Positions 1 through 15,057 of a stretch of 64,000 nucleotides of DNA are shown piece after piece (position 1 is the stretch's first letter; each line of letters opens with the position of its first letter). Below the pieces are notes generated by a model that was given only the letters and a program-made list of their open reading frames with translations, was not told where the DNA came from and ran no database searches. The stretch lies in assembly GCF_009914755.1 (NCBI RefSeq), contig NC_060948.1; one strand, 5' to 3'. A program made the translations under genes and the position numbers. The DNA comes from the human T2T-CHM13v2.0 reference genome, Homo sapiens.

Positions 1-1393
1 AAGTTGTTTTCTTTTGAAAAGTTAAGCAAAATTAACAAATGTTTAGCCAGATTAAGAAAAAAAGAGAGAAGTCACAAGTAAATCAAATCAGAGTTGAAAA
101 AGAGACATTACAATGGATATTGATGAAATTCAAAAGTTCATTAGCGGCTCCTAGGAGCAACTATATACCAATAAATTGAAAAATCCATAGGAAATGGACA
201 AATTTCTAGACACATACAACCTAACAAAATTTAACCTTAAGGAAACTCAAAATCTGAGCAGACCAATAACAAGTAACAAGAATAAAGCTGTAATAAAACA
301 TTTTCTAATAAATAAAAGTCCAGAATCTGATAGATTCACTGCCAAATTCTAAACATTTAAAGAACTGATACCAATCCTACTCAAACTATTCCAAGATATA
401 GAGAAGAAGGAAGCACATTCAAACTCATCCTATGAGGTCAGTATTACGTTGATACCAAAACCAGACAAAGAAAACCAAAGCCAATATATCTGATGAAGAT
501 TGATGAAAAAATCCTTAACAAAATACTAGCAAACTGGTTTAAACAACACATTGAAACTATCAGTCATCATGACCAAGTGGGATTTATTTCAGGAATGCAA
601 GGATGGGTCAACCTATGAAAATCAATCCATGTGATATATCAACAGAATGAAAAACAAAAAGTTTATTAATTATTTCAATTGATGCTAAAAAAAACATTTT
701 GTAAAATTCAACGTCCCTTCGTGATAAACACCCTAAACAACTGGGTATAAAAGGAACATACCTCAGTATAATAAAACCCATATATGGGAGACCCACAGCT
801 AGTATTATACTAAAAATGGAGAAACTGAAAGTCTTTCCTCTAAGATCTGGAACACTGCAAGGATGCCCTTTGTCACCACTGTTATTCAGCATAGTACTGG
901 AATTCTTATCTAGAGCAATCAGATGAGAGAAACATATAAAGGGCCTCCAAATTGGAAAGGAAGAAGTCAGGTAATCCAAGTTTGCAGATGATATGATCTT
1001 GCATTTAGAAAAACCTTAAGACTCCATGAAAAGTACTATTAGAACTCATAAGCAAATTCTATAAAGTTGCAGAACACAAAATCAACATACAAAAATCAGT
1101 AGCATTTTTATATGGTAACATTGTAAAATCAAAAAAGGGTTTTAAGTATAATCCCATTTACAATAGCCAGAAATAAAATTAAATAGCTAGGAATTTATTT
1201 AACCAAAGTGAAAGATCTTCATAATGAAAACTATAAAACACTGACAAAAGAAATTGTAGAGGACACCAAAAACTGGAAAGATATTCCATGTTCATGTATT
1301 GGAAGAATCAAAAATGTTAAAATGTCCATATGACCCTAAGCAATCTGCAGATTCAATGCAATCCCTATCAAAATACCAGCGACATTCTTCACA
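1..1393 (+). mobile_element. Old LINE-1 ORF2 fragment (L1MA1-3-like), runs off window start
   Basis: Degenerate ORF2 RT region (tttgcagatgatatgat = FADDM) with L1MA-type text such as tttcctctaagatctggaaca and attagcggctcctaggagcaactatata. Confidence 0.8.
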
Positions 1394-2260
1394 AATCAGC
1401 AAGAAAAAAAAATTATCCCATCAAAAACTGGGCAAAGAACATGAATAGACAATTCTCAAAAGAAGGTATACAAATGGCCAACAAACATATGAAAAAATAC
1501 TCAAGATCTCTAATTATCAAGGAAATGCAAATGAAAACCACAATGAGATATCTCCTTACTCTTCTAGGTATGGCCACAATTAAAAAATCAAAATATAATA
1601 GGCATTGCGGTGGATGTGGTGAAAAGGAAACACTTTTATGCTGCTGGTGGGAATGTAAACTAGTATAACCACTATTGAAAATAGTATGGAGATTCCTTAA
1701 AGAACTAAAAGTACAACTACCACTCAATCCAGCAATCCCACTACTGGGTATTTTCCCAAAGCAAAGGAAGTCATTATATATTTTTAAAAAAACACTTGCA
1801 CACGTATGTTTATAGCAGCACAATTCACAATTGCAAAAATATGGAACCAACCTAAATGCCCATCAATTAATGCATGGATTTTAAAAAGTGGTATATATAC
1901 ACCGTGGAATACTACTCAGCCATAAAAAGGAATGAAATAATGGCATTTTCAGCAACATGGGTGAAGTTGGAAACCATTATTCTAAGTGAAGTAACTCAAA
2001 AATGGAAAACCAAATATCATATATTCTCATTTATAAGTTGGAGCTAAGATATGAGGATACAAAGGTACAGAGTGATATAATGGACTTTGAGGACTCAGGG
2101 GAAGGGTGGCAGAAGGGTGAGGGATAAAAGACTACACATTGGGAAGAGTGTGCACTGCTGAGGTAACAAGTGCACCAAAATCTCAGAAATCACCACTAAA
2201 GAACTTAGTCATGTAACTAAAAACCACCTGTGCCCCCAAAACTATTGAAATAAAATAAAG
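1394..2260 (+). mobile_element. LINE-1 3' end, L1PB3/L1PB4-like
   Basis: ORF2 C-terminal Cys region (CGEKETLLCCWWECKLV); 3'UTR gggtgagggataaaagactacacattggg...caccactaaagaactt...aactattgaaataaaa. Confidence 0.85.
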
Positions 2261-2555
2261 AGGAAGAAAAAGACTTCAAGTCTTCAAGATAACTTACTTT
2301 TACAGAGATTTCAATAATTTTGTTTGAGGAAATGAATTTTGCTTTAGTTGTTTCTCTCACAAGATTTCACCCATAATAATGTCACCGTTTTACCCCATAA
2401 CTGGATTATTCTTCATTATGAGAATATATTACCTAACCTATATTACTAAATGAGAAAATATGTTGCTTTGAGAGTTGAGATAAATACATTTTCATCTATT
2501 TTTTTACCTTATAGAGGAAACAAAGTGGTGGAAGTGTTTACATTTGCACACTGTA

Positions 2556-4123
2556 CAGTCATGTATTGCTTAATGACATAGATGCATAGTTAGGCAATTT
2601 CACTGTTGTGCAAACATCATAGAATGTAATTCAAAAACCTAGATACTATAGCCTACTACATAACTAGACTATATGGTACAGCCTAATCCTTCTAGACTAC
2701 AAACCTGTACAGCATGTTACTGTACTGAATAGCGTAGGCAATTGGAAAACAATGGTCAGTATTTGAATATCTAAACATATTTAAACATAGAAAAGTTACA
2801 GTAAAATATAATATAAAAGATTCAAAAAACAATACCTGCATAGGGCACTTATAATGAGTAAATCTTGCAGCACAGAAGATTGCTCTAGGTGAGTCTGTGA
2901 GTGAGCGGTGCATGGATGTGAAGGGCTAGCATATTATTATACCCTACTTTAGAATGTATAGACACTGTACTCTTAGACTACACAATATTTATTTTAAAAT
3001 ATTTATTTCTGATGAATACTGTATGTTGTAACTCATATGTGGGAGCTAAACAAATAAAATTGAGCTCACAGAAGTTTAGAGTAGAATTGCAGTTATTAGA
3101 GGCTGGGAAAAGTGTGGGGGAAGAATAAGGGGAGGTTGGTTAATGGGTACAAAGTTACAGCAAGGTGAGTGGAATAAGCATTATACAGCACTATAAGGTG
3201 AATAAGGTTAACAATAATTCAGTGTATGTTCTTAAAAGCTAGAAGAGATAATTTTGAATGTTCGCAGTGAAAACAAATAATGTTTAAGGTCATGGATATA
3301 TTAATTATCCTGATTTGATCATTACACATTGTATACATGTATTGAAATATCACTCTGTATCCCATTAATATGTGCAATTATTAGGTGGCAACTAAAAATA
3401 AAAGGAATAAGGTGTTTCTTTTTTAAATAATGGATTAATATTAGCTTATGTAACTTTTTAACTTCATAAACATATGTAACTTTTTGACTCTTGTAATAAC
3501 AGCTTAAGTCACATATTGCACAGCGGTAGAAAAATATTTTACACATATCCCTATTTGATAGACTTTTCTCTATTTTTTAATTTTTTAATATTTTACTTTT
3601 TAAACTTTTTATGTAAAAACTAAGACACAAACACACACATTAGTCTAGACCTGCACAGGGTCAGAATCATTAATATCATTGCCTTCCACCTCCATATCTT
3701 GTCCCACTGAAAGGACTTTAGGAGCAATAACACACACATGGAGCTGTCATTTCCAATGTAACAATGTTTTCTTCTTGAATGACTCCTGAAGGACCTGTCT
3801 GAGTTTTGTTTTACAGTTAACTTTTTATGTATATAAATAGAAGATGTATACTCTAAATTAATTATAAAAAGTTTAGTAAATACATAAACCAGTAACATAG
3901 TTGTTTATAATTATCATCAAGCATTATGTTCTGTATATATAATTGTCTATGCTATACTTTTATATTACCATATACATGTGAGTAACACACTGCACTTCAA
4001 CATTACAATGCCTACAATGTCACTAGGCAATACAAATATTTCAGCTCCATTATAATCTTATAGGATTACCTTCCTCTATGCTGTCTATCCTTGACTGAAA
4101 TGTTCTTATGCCTTGCATCACTG
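2556..4123. mobile_element. Tigger3b-like non-autonomous DNA transposon (TcMar-Tigger), interrupted by an L1MA
   Basis: Termini cagtcatg.../...catcactg flanked by TA on both sides (2554-5, 4124-5); internal text such as aaacctgtacagcatgttactgtactgaata matches recalled Tigger3. Confidence 0.85.
3012..3410 (+). mobile_element. L1MA5-like 3' UTR fragment nested in Tigger3b
   Basis: gatttgatcattacacattgtatacatgtattgaaatatcactctgtatccc...caactaaaaataaaagg. Confidence 0.75.
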
Positions 4124-4964
4124 TAGTTAGTTCTATCTGTAAAAAGAAATCTGAATATACAACACATTTTGAAATGTATAATAAACACATTGTTGAAAAG
4201 ATTTCCATCTTCACTAGTTACACAATAAGTACAACACAACTCTCCTTCTGAGATTCTTAGACATTGAGGTTTATCTTAAACCTCAAACTCCTACTCACAG
4301 AATATGTATATTCACACATTTTTGGGGTGTATATTAATGAACATATATAAGAATATATTAAAAAATGACTACAGAAGAAGAAAATCACTCTATTGAGCTC
4401 TAAAATGTACTCACATTCATAAGCTACAAATTTTTACTTCCATTGGCATAAAGCACTATCACTCCATTGCTTCAAAGGCAGCTGTGGCTGACAGAGTTCT
4501 CAAGAAATATTTATCAAAAAAATTTATGAAAGAAAGGGATGTTTTGTCTTGTGTTTCCTGTGATGCTTAAGAACTAAACATATCACATGGTAACTGTATT
4601 TCTTTGAAGTTTTACTATTTTTTTCTTAAGTTCATAAACTACAAGAACCAATATCAAAAATCAACAGTAACAGTACTCTTTAGAGATTTATTATAAATGA
4701 AAAATATAAGAATTAAAAAACTAAATTTTATTTTAGTAGATATTTTACAATGGAAATAATTACATGCACACAAAATGAGCAAATATCCTGAAATTTTGTT
4801 TTGTTCTTTATTTTTGTCAATAAAGGTCTTTTTTGCAAGTTAAGCATTCTCACTATTGAGAACCATGTTGAACACAATTCATCATTTTGATAAGTGCAGG
4901 TAAATTTAACTACCTTTTTATTAGAAAATTAATTGTTAATACTGGTATTTTAAAACATAGATGG

Positions 4965-5345
4965 ATAGAATAACATGCATCCATAAAAAAAAGAACAAGA
5001 TCATGTCCTTTGCAGGAACATGTATGAAGCTGGAGGCCATTACCCTTAACAAACTAATGCGGGAACAAGAAACCAAATACCAGATGTTCTCACTTATAAC
5101 TGAGAGCTAAATGATGAGAACACATGGACACATGGGAGTAACAACAGACACTGGTGTTTATCAGAGGGTGGAGTGTGGAAGGAGGGAGAGGATCAGGAAA
5201 TATAACTAATGGGTCCTAGGTTTGATACATGCATATTAATACATGGGTGAAAAAAATAATTTGTGCAAGAAATCCCCAAAATACAAGTTTTTCTGTATGA
5301 CAGACATGCACATGTATCCCTGAACTTAAAATAAAAGTTAAAATA
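4965..5345 (+). mobile_element. L1PA13-16-like 3' end fragment
   Basis: ggagggagaggatcaggaaa..aactaatggg...cctgaacttaaaataaaagttaaaa. Confidence 0.8.
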
Positions 5346-5539
5346 ATTTTAAAAAAACATATTTCTAGCTTTTCTTGAATTAAGTATTATCAAAAATAAT
5401 CAGTATCTAGCTTGGGTTGGAAACATCATCACATGAGTTCCTTCAAGGTCTCCTTTTCAACTTTTAGATTTATGTATATTTATACCGACCACCATTTTAT
5501 TTCTTATGTCAGGGAAAACATTTTGTCTCTTTCCTTCTA

Positions 5540-8500
5540 AAATACTGGATTCATTCTTCTTCCCTTCTCTCATCTCAGACTTTTGCTTCATTTATTTTCA
5601 ACCTCTCACTCAAAAACAGATCTTTTCCCTTTATTATGAAAACAAATTCACAATGATCTCATACACAGAAAAACAATAAACTTCCCTAAATCCCTATACT
5701 CCCTGTATTAATCCATTCTCATGCTGCTGTGAAGAAATCTCTGAGACTGGGTAACTTATAAAGGAAAGAGATTTAATTGACTCACAGTTCCACAGGACTG
5801 GGGAAGCCTCAGGAAACTTATAATCAAGGCAGAAGGGGAAGCAAACATGCTCTTCCTTACAAGGTGGCAGGAGAGAAATGTGCTGAGCAAAAGGGCTAAA
5901 AGCCCCTTATAAAACCATCAGATCTCATGAGAACTCACTCACTATCATGAGAACAGCATGAGGGTAACCACCTCTATGATTAAATTACCTCTCAATTGGT
6001 CCCATCCATGACATGTGAAGATTATGGGGATTACAATTTAAGATGAGATTTGGGTGGGAGCACAAAGCCTAACCATATTATTCCATCCCTGGCCCCTCCC
6101 AAATCTCATGTTCCTTTCACATTTTCAAAACCAATCATGCCTTCCCAACAGTCCCCCAAAGTCTTAATTCCAGCATTAACTCAAAAATCCAAGTCCAATG
6201 TCTCATATGAGACATGGTAAGTCTCTTCTGCCTATGAGCTTGTAAGATCAAAAGAAAATTAGTTACTTCCTGGACACAATCAGGGTACATGTGTTGGGTA
6301 AATATACCCATTTCAAATGGGAGAAATTGGCCAAAATGAAGGGGTTACAGGTTATAGTAAAGTCCAAAATACAATAGGGAAGTCATTAAACCTTAAGCTC
6401 CAAAATGACTACCTTTGACTTCACGTCTCACATCTAGGACACACTGATGCAAAGGATGGGCTCCCATGGCCTTGGGCAGCTCTACCCTTGTGGCTTTGTG
6501 GAGCATAGCCCCCCTCCTGGCTGCTTTTGTAGCTGGCACTAAGTGTCTGTGGCTTTTCCAGGCGCACAATGAAAGCTGTAGGTGGGTCTACCATTCTGGT
6601 GTCTGAAGCACATTGGCCCTCTTCTCACAGTTCCACTAGGCAGTGCCCCAGTGTGTGGGGACTCTGACCCCACATTTCCTTTCCATGCTGCTCAGCAGAG
6701 GTTCTTCATGAAGGTTCACCCCTGCAGCAGACTTCTGCCTGGACATCCAGGTGTTTCCAAACATCCTCTGAAACCTAGGCTGAGGTTCTAAAACTTCAAT
6801 TCTTGTCTTTTGCACACACAGGACCAACATCACATGGAAGCTGCCAAGGTTTAGGGCTTGCACCCTCTGAAGCAATGGCCCAAGCTATATTTTGGCCCCT
6901 TTTAGCCATTACTTGAGTCACTGGGATGCAAGGCACTAAGTCCCTAGGCTGCACACAGCAGGGGGCCCTGGGCATGGCCCAGGAATTAATTTTTTTTCTC
7001 CTAGGACTCCAGGCCTGTGATGGGAGGGGCTGTTATGAAGGTCTCTGACACGTCTTGGAGACATTTTTCCCATTGTCTTGGTGATTAACATTTGGCACTC
7101 CATTACTTATGTAAGTTTCCGCTGCCAGCTTGAATTTCTCCCCAGAAAAAGAATTTTTGTTTTTTATTGTATCATCAGGCTGCAAATTTTCTAATCTTTT
7201 ATGCTTTCTTCCTCTTGAAAGCTTTGCCATTTACAAATTTATTCCGCCAGAAACCGTAAATCATCCCTCTCAAGTTCAAAGTTCCACAAATCTCTAGGGC
7301 AGGGAAAAATGCTGCCAATGTCTTTGCTGAAACATAGCAAGAGTCACCTTCATTCCAGTTCCCAAAAAGTTCCTCATCTCCATCTGAGACCACCTCAGCC
7401 TGGACTTCATAGTCCATACCACTATCAGCATTTTGGTCAAAGCCATTCAACAAGTCTCTAAGAAATTCCAAATTTCCCACATCTTTCTGCCTTCTGAGCT
7501 CTCCAAACTGTTCCAACCTTGGCCTGTTACTCAGTTCCAAAGTCGCTTCCAAATTTTCAGGTTTCCTTATAGTAGTACCCGACTCTGTGCAGTACCAGTT
7601 AACTGTATTAGTCCATTCTCATGCTGCTATGAAGAAATGCTCAAGACTGAGTAATTTATAAAGTAAAGAGGTTTAATTGACTCATGGTTCTGCATGGTTG
7701 AGGAGGTCTCAGGAAACTTACAGTCATGGTGGAAAGGTAAACAAGCACATCCTTCTTCACAAGGTGGCAGGAGAGAGAAGAGCCAAGAGAAAGGGGGAAA
7801 AGCCCCTTATAAAACCATCAGATCTCATGAGAACTCACTCACTATCATGAGAACAGGATGAGAGTAACTACCCCCACGATCAAATTACCCCCCACCGGGT
7901 CCTTCCCATGACACATGGGGATTATGGGAACTACAATTCAAGATGAGATTTGGGTGGGGACACAGCCAAACGGTATCACCCCCTCAAGCTGCAATGCTGT
8001 CTTTCAATTCTCTTCACTACAAAATTCTTAAAAGAATAATATATTTACGCTTCTAAAACCCTATTGTCCAAATTATTCTGTAAACCTTTCCCATGACACT
8101 TTAAAATGTACTATGTCACTCAGGGGAGTCACTGACTAAAATACCCAACAGTCTTTTCATCTTAGTGCTCTTTGTCATTTGACTTATTTTCATTTGTCTC
8201 TTCCCTGGCTGTTGTAATTCTGCATATGTACTTAGCTCTCCTCTTTCTCCTTTATTAACCACTCCTCAGTTTCATGCAACTTTATATTCTGCTTTTCTGG
8301 TTCATATTCCTCTTTGTATAAATGCATGTTTTTACCTGGGATTTTTTTTCTTAACTCTCATCTTGACACATACCAGAGATAATAAGCTGACAATCTCTAT
8401 ACAAAACTTGATTTACAGATATGGCTTGTATGGTCAGCATTCAAACTGAGCATGCATTTTCTAGTTTACCGCAGGCCTCATCAACTCTTAATGGATTATA

Positions 8501-8945
8501 ACTGATCTCTTTTGAATATTAATTTTTACCAGAAGTCTTCAATATTTTGTTGTTTATATTTTTGTCTTGTGTACTCTCTTGAGTTCTAAGTTCATATTTT
8601 CTATGGTGTGTTACTCATTTTCATGTACATACCCTATCTGTAGCTAAAAGTCTGTTTCTAAACATCAGATTAGCTTCTCCCCTCTGAAACTCAATCTTCT
8701 GCATTTTTTATTCATGTGAATGGTGCCAATATCTTTCCACTATCTATCTTTCCATCGACTTAGGCTTGAAATATCAGTGTCATCTTTCACTTCTTACAGG
8801 CCACACAAAACCAATTTGTTTTTAAGTCCTGTTTCTTTCAAGGTCTATAATATATGTTTGCATTGATCTCTCCTTTCAGTTCCAGAGCAAGCACCTTAAG
8901 TTAGGTTCTCACTGCCTCTTCTTGGGACCACTGCACTTGCTTCCC
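5540..8945 (+). mobile_element. Degenerate LINE-2 split by the THE1 provirus
   Basis: L2 ORF2-like text continues across the THE1 (ccctatactcc|ccctcaagctg...cttcactacaaaattcttaaaaga) and resumes near 8870 (ctcctttcagttcc...tcttgggaccactgc). Confidence 0.5.
5704..7978 (-). mobile_element. Complete THE1C-like MaLR provirus (LTR 5704-6080, internal 6081-7603, LTR 7604-7978)
   Basis: Two homologous LTRs tgtatta...(aacc/aacgg)atatca; THE1-int ORF remnant (EATLELSNRPRLEQF...DLLNGFDQNADS); 5-bp TSD ctccc/ccccc. Confidence 0.92.
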
Positions 8946-8959
8946 TGTAAACTAAATTG

Positions 8960-9240
8960 TGTTACAAGAAAAGCATTTAAAGTAACATCAAAAGTTTAAC
9001 CTAAAATAAAGAAAATTGGATGGTCCTGAGAGCAAATTTCCAATAACTTAAAGGCTGTCATGGAGAAAAGGGATTAGAGTATCCTGTGTGGTCTTCAGGA
9101 AAGCCAGGACCCCAGTGGGTAGAAGATGTACATGGGCAATTTTTGAGTCAATATAAATAAGCTTTTTCTAATATTTATCTCAGAAAGTAAATGCTATGTT
9201 ACTTTAGACATTTGAACCCAGACTGAAACACAAGTTATGT
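8960..9240 (+). mobile_element. L3/CR1 LINE relic
   Basis: ttaaaggctgtcatggagaaaagggattagag..tgtgtggtcttcagg...gtgggtagaag...tcaatataa resembles the CR1/L3 3' region. Confidence 0.6.
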
Positions 9241-9362
9241 ATGTTACAGAAAAGATTACGTAACTATGAAGGTTCTTTCTTACCAGAGAAGTCTATGATT
9301 TTAAGAACTACACATCTGTAAGACTGTCAGATTGCTAAGTCTATAAGGATTTTAGAATTATT

Positions 9363-9385
9363 TGTGTGTGTGTGTGTGCGTGTGT
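9363..9385. repeat. (TG)n microsatellite
   Basis: Direct read. Confidence 0.9.
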
Positions 9386-9624
9386 AGTAAAAGGCCTTTT
9401 GTTCAAGTAAGTAATAAACATACCTCACTACTGAGAACCATGCTAAATGCAATTCAACATGCAAGTGAATACAGAGGCCAAGAAATTTTCAATTTCTTTC
9501 AAGATTCAGATGTGTTGATACCTCTTTCCAAAGAAGGAGCATAGTTAAGTGATTTTTCCGACCTGAAAGTAGAAATTGCCCAAATAACATAATGAGAAAA
9601 TATTATTTCTATATTTATGGTCTT

Positions 9625-9830
9625 ATTTACATTTTCAAAGTGTTTTCATTGTTGTTACTTCATTTAATAATCAGAAAAAAGAACCTGAAAACTGGGTTGA
9701 TGTTATTCTTATCTTACTGATTAGAAAACTAAAATTCAGCAGTGTTATTTCTTATTAAAAGGCCATTATCAACATACATGATTAAAACCATTTTTTTTGA
9801 CTCCTAAATCACTGTACTTTCCACTAAAAC
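9625..9830 (-). mobile_element. MIR SINE relic
   Basis: atcttactgattagaaaactaaaattcagcagtgtta...tttgactcctaaatcactgtactttccacta. Confidence 0.55.
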
Positions 9831-10950
9831 ATGTTGCTTTCCAGTACTGGACAGTTTCTGGTATTAAAATTAACATGAACTCAATGATACAGGTTGAGTG
9901 ATGATAGTGGAGTAAGTTTGAATAATTTAGAAACGAACATACCTGATGAGATGTATTTGATTTATTGATGTTTAATACCATCAAAGTTTCCTTACCACTA
10001 AGGTAAAATTTGTCACACTTAAACTTTTATAGCAATTTTCTCACTGAGAAATGGCAAATTTTTATCAAATACAGATGTGTATTAGAAACGTTTATTTAAT
10101 CAGTTCAAGAGGAAGTAGTTCTTATGACATAGAAATAAAATAACTTATTTCCTCCATCAAATTCCTCTCTTGAGAGTCCATTGAGGGGAAAAAGTCAAAT
10201 TTGACAAAAGCTATCATTGTCAGTATAGCATTGATTAGTTATAGCAGGACTTAAAGTGATGATTCCATTATCAGGATTTTTTTTAATGCTGTGACAATAG
10301 ACAGTTAAAAGTGCTTATTTTACCTTAACACTTATTTATTGGTATGTATTGCCCTTTAAAATTCTTATATCTTAAAATTATTAAATCTTTATCCTGGTAT
10401 AAATAGGATAAAATTTGTATCCTCAGCATGTTGTACATTTCAAAATTAATTGTCAAGACAGAGCCATCTGCTATAATAATTAGACACAGCAGTCCAGCAG
10501 TTGTCCAGCTGTTGCCATCATATAGTGCACTATCCAATATGTAGTAGTCCAGCAGTAGTCCAATATGCTGACACTAAAATGACAAAAACAATTGAGACAG
10601 CTGCAGGTGTAATCCAATACAGAGTAGGAAAGGCAGTCATACCAGCTATTGACTCCTTTACTATCAATATAAAAAGTGTCTTTTAGCCTATGTGGCAAAT
10701 TACCCTATGCTGCAAGTTTATTACCAAATGCTTATTCTTTTCTTCATTAAACTCTTTTACACACTTATAATCACACCCAATTGACTTTCTATACTCTTTT
10801 ATACTGGTTAACATGACTCTATATGCCAACACAACTGAAATCTGTTCAACTTGAAGACGTCTCCTCTAACAAATCTAAAACAAATGGTACTCATACAAAC
10901 CCATCCAACTAAAACTGCTTTCCTTCTAACAAAACTAAGTAATCAACAAA

Positions 10951-13090
<2,140 letters not shown>

Positions 13091-15057
13091 ATATTGGCAC
13101 TGGGTTTGTCATAAATAGCTCTTATTATTTTGACTTCCGTTCCATCACTACCTAGTTTATTGAGAGGTTTTAGCATGAAGGGGTGCTGAATTTTGTTGAA
13201 GGCCATTTCTGCATCTATTGAGATAATCATGTGGTTTTTGTCATTGGTTCGGTTTATGTGATGGGTTATGTTTAGGGATTTACATATGTTGAACCAGCCT
13301 TGCATCCCAGGTATGAAGCCAACTTGAACGTGGTGGATAGGCTTTATGATGTGCTTCTGGATTCAGTTTTCCAGTATTTTGTTGTGGATTTTCACATGGA
13401 TGTTCATCAGGGATATTGGGCTGAAATTTTTTGATGTTGTTGTGTCTCTGCCAGGTTTTGGTATCAGGATGATGCTGGCCTCATAAAATGAGTTAGGGAG
13501 GAGTCTCTCTTTTTCTATTGTTTGGAATAGTTTCAGAAGGAACGGTGCCAGCTCCTGTTTGTATCTCTTGTGTAATTCAGCTGTGAGTCCATCTGGTCTG
13601 GGACTTCTTTTGATTGGTAGGCTATTAGTTACTGCCTCAATTTCAGAACTTGGTATTGGTCTATTCAGGGATTTGACTTCTTCGTGCTTTAGTCTTGGGA
13701 GGGTGTATGTGTCCAGGAATTTATCCATTTCTTCTCGATTTTCTAGTTTATTTGTGTAGAGGTGCTTATAGTATTCTCTGATGGTAGCTTTTATTTCTGT
13801 GGGATCAATGATGATATCCCCTATATCATTTTTATTGGGTCTATTTGATTCTTCTCCTTTTTTTCTTTATTAGTCTGGCTAGCAGTCTATCTATTTTATT
13901 GATCTTGTCAGAAAACCAGCTTCTGGATTCGTTGATTTTTTGAAAGGTTTTTCGTGTCTCTATCTCCTTCAGTTCTGCTCTGATCTTAGTTATTTCTTGT
14001 CTTCTGCTAGCTTTTGAATTTGTTTGCTGTTGCTTTTCTAGTTCTTTTAATTTTGATGTTAGTGTGTCAATTTTAGATCTTTCATCTTTTCTCTTGTGAG
14101 CATTTAGTGCTATAAATTTCCCTCTACACACTGCTTTAAATGTTTCCCAGAGATTCTGGTATATTGTGTCTTCATTCTCATTGTATTCAAAGAACATCTT
14201 TTACCTGCCTTCATTTCGTTATTTACCCAGTAGTCATTCAGGAGCAGGTTGTTCAGTTTCCATGTAGTTATGCAGTTTTGAGTAAGTTTCTTAATCCTGA
14301 GTTCTAATTTGATTGCACTGTGGTCTGAGAGACAGTTTGTTATGATTTCCATCATATTGCATTTGCTGAGGAGTGTTTTACTTTCAATTATGTGGTCAAT
14401 TTTAGAATAATTGTGATGAGGTGCCGAGAAGAATGTATATTCTGTTGACCTGGGGTGGAGAGTTCTGTAAATGTCTATTATGCCTGCTTGGTCCAGAGCT
14501 GAGTTCAAGTCCTGAATATCCTTGTTAATTTTCTGTCTCATTGATGTGTCTAATATTGATGTCTAATATTGACAGTGGGATGTTAAAGTCTCCCACTATT
14601 ATTGTGTGGGAGTCTAAGTCTCTTTGTAGGTTTCTAAGAACTTGCTTTATGAATCTAGGTGCTCCTGTATTGGGTACATATATATTTAGGATAGTTAGCT
14701 CTTCTTGTTTCATTGATCCCTTTACCATTATGTAATGCTCCTCTTTGTCTCTTTTGATCTTTTTTGGTTTAAATTCTGTTTTATCAGAGATTAGGATTGC
14801 AACTTCTACTTTTTTTTTTTTGGTTTTCCATTTTCTTGGTAAATATTCCTCCATCCCTTTATTTTGAGCCTATGTATGTCTTTGTATGTGAGTTGGGTCT
14901 CCTGAATACAGCACACTGATGGGTCCTGACTCTATCCAATTTGCCAGTCTGTGTCATTTAATTGGAGCATTTAGGCCATTTACATTTCAGGTTAATATTG
15001 TTATGTATTAATTTGATCCTGTCATTATGATGCTACCTGGTTATTTTGCCCATTATT
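13091..15057 (-). mobile_element. Older, more diverged L1PA6-8-like ORF2 N-terminal half (endonuclease and RT start)
   Basis: ORFs [36 protein letters not shown]; older-type diagnostics gttccatcactacctagttta and gcatgaaggggtg. Confidence 0.8.
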
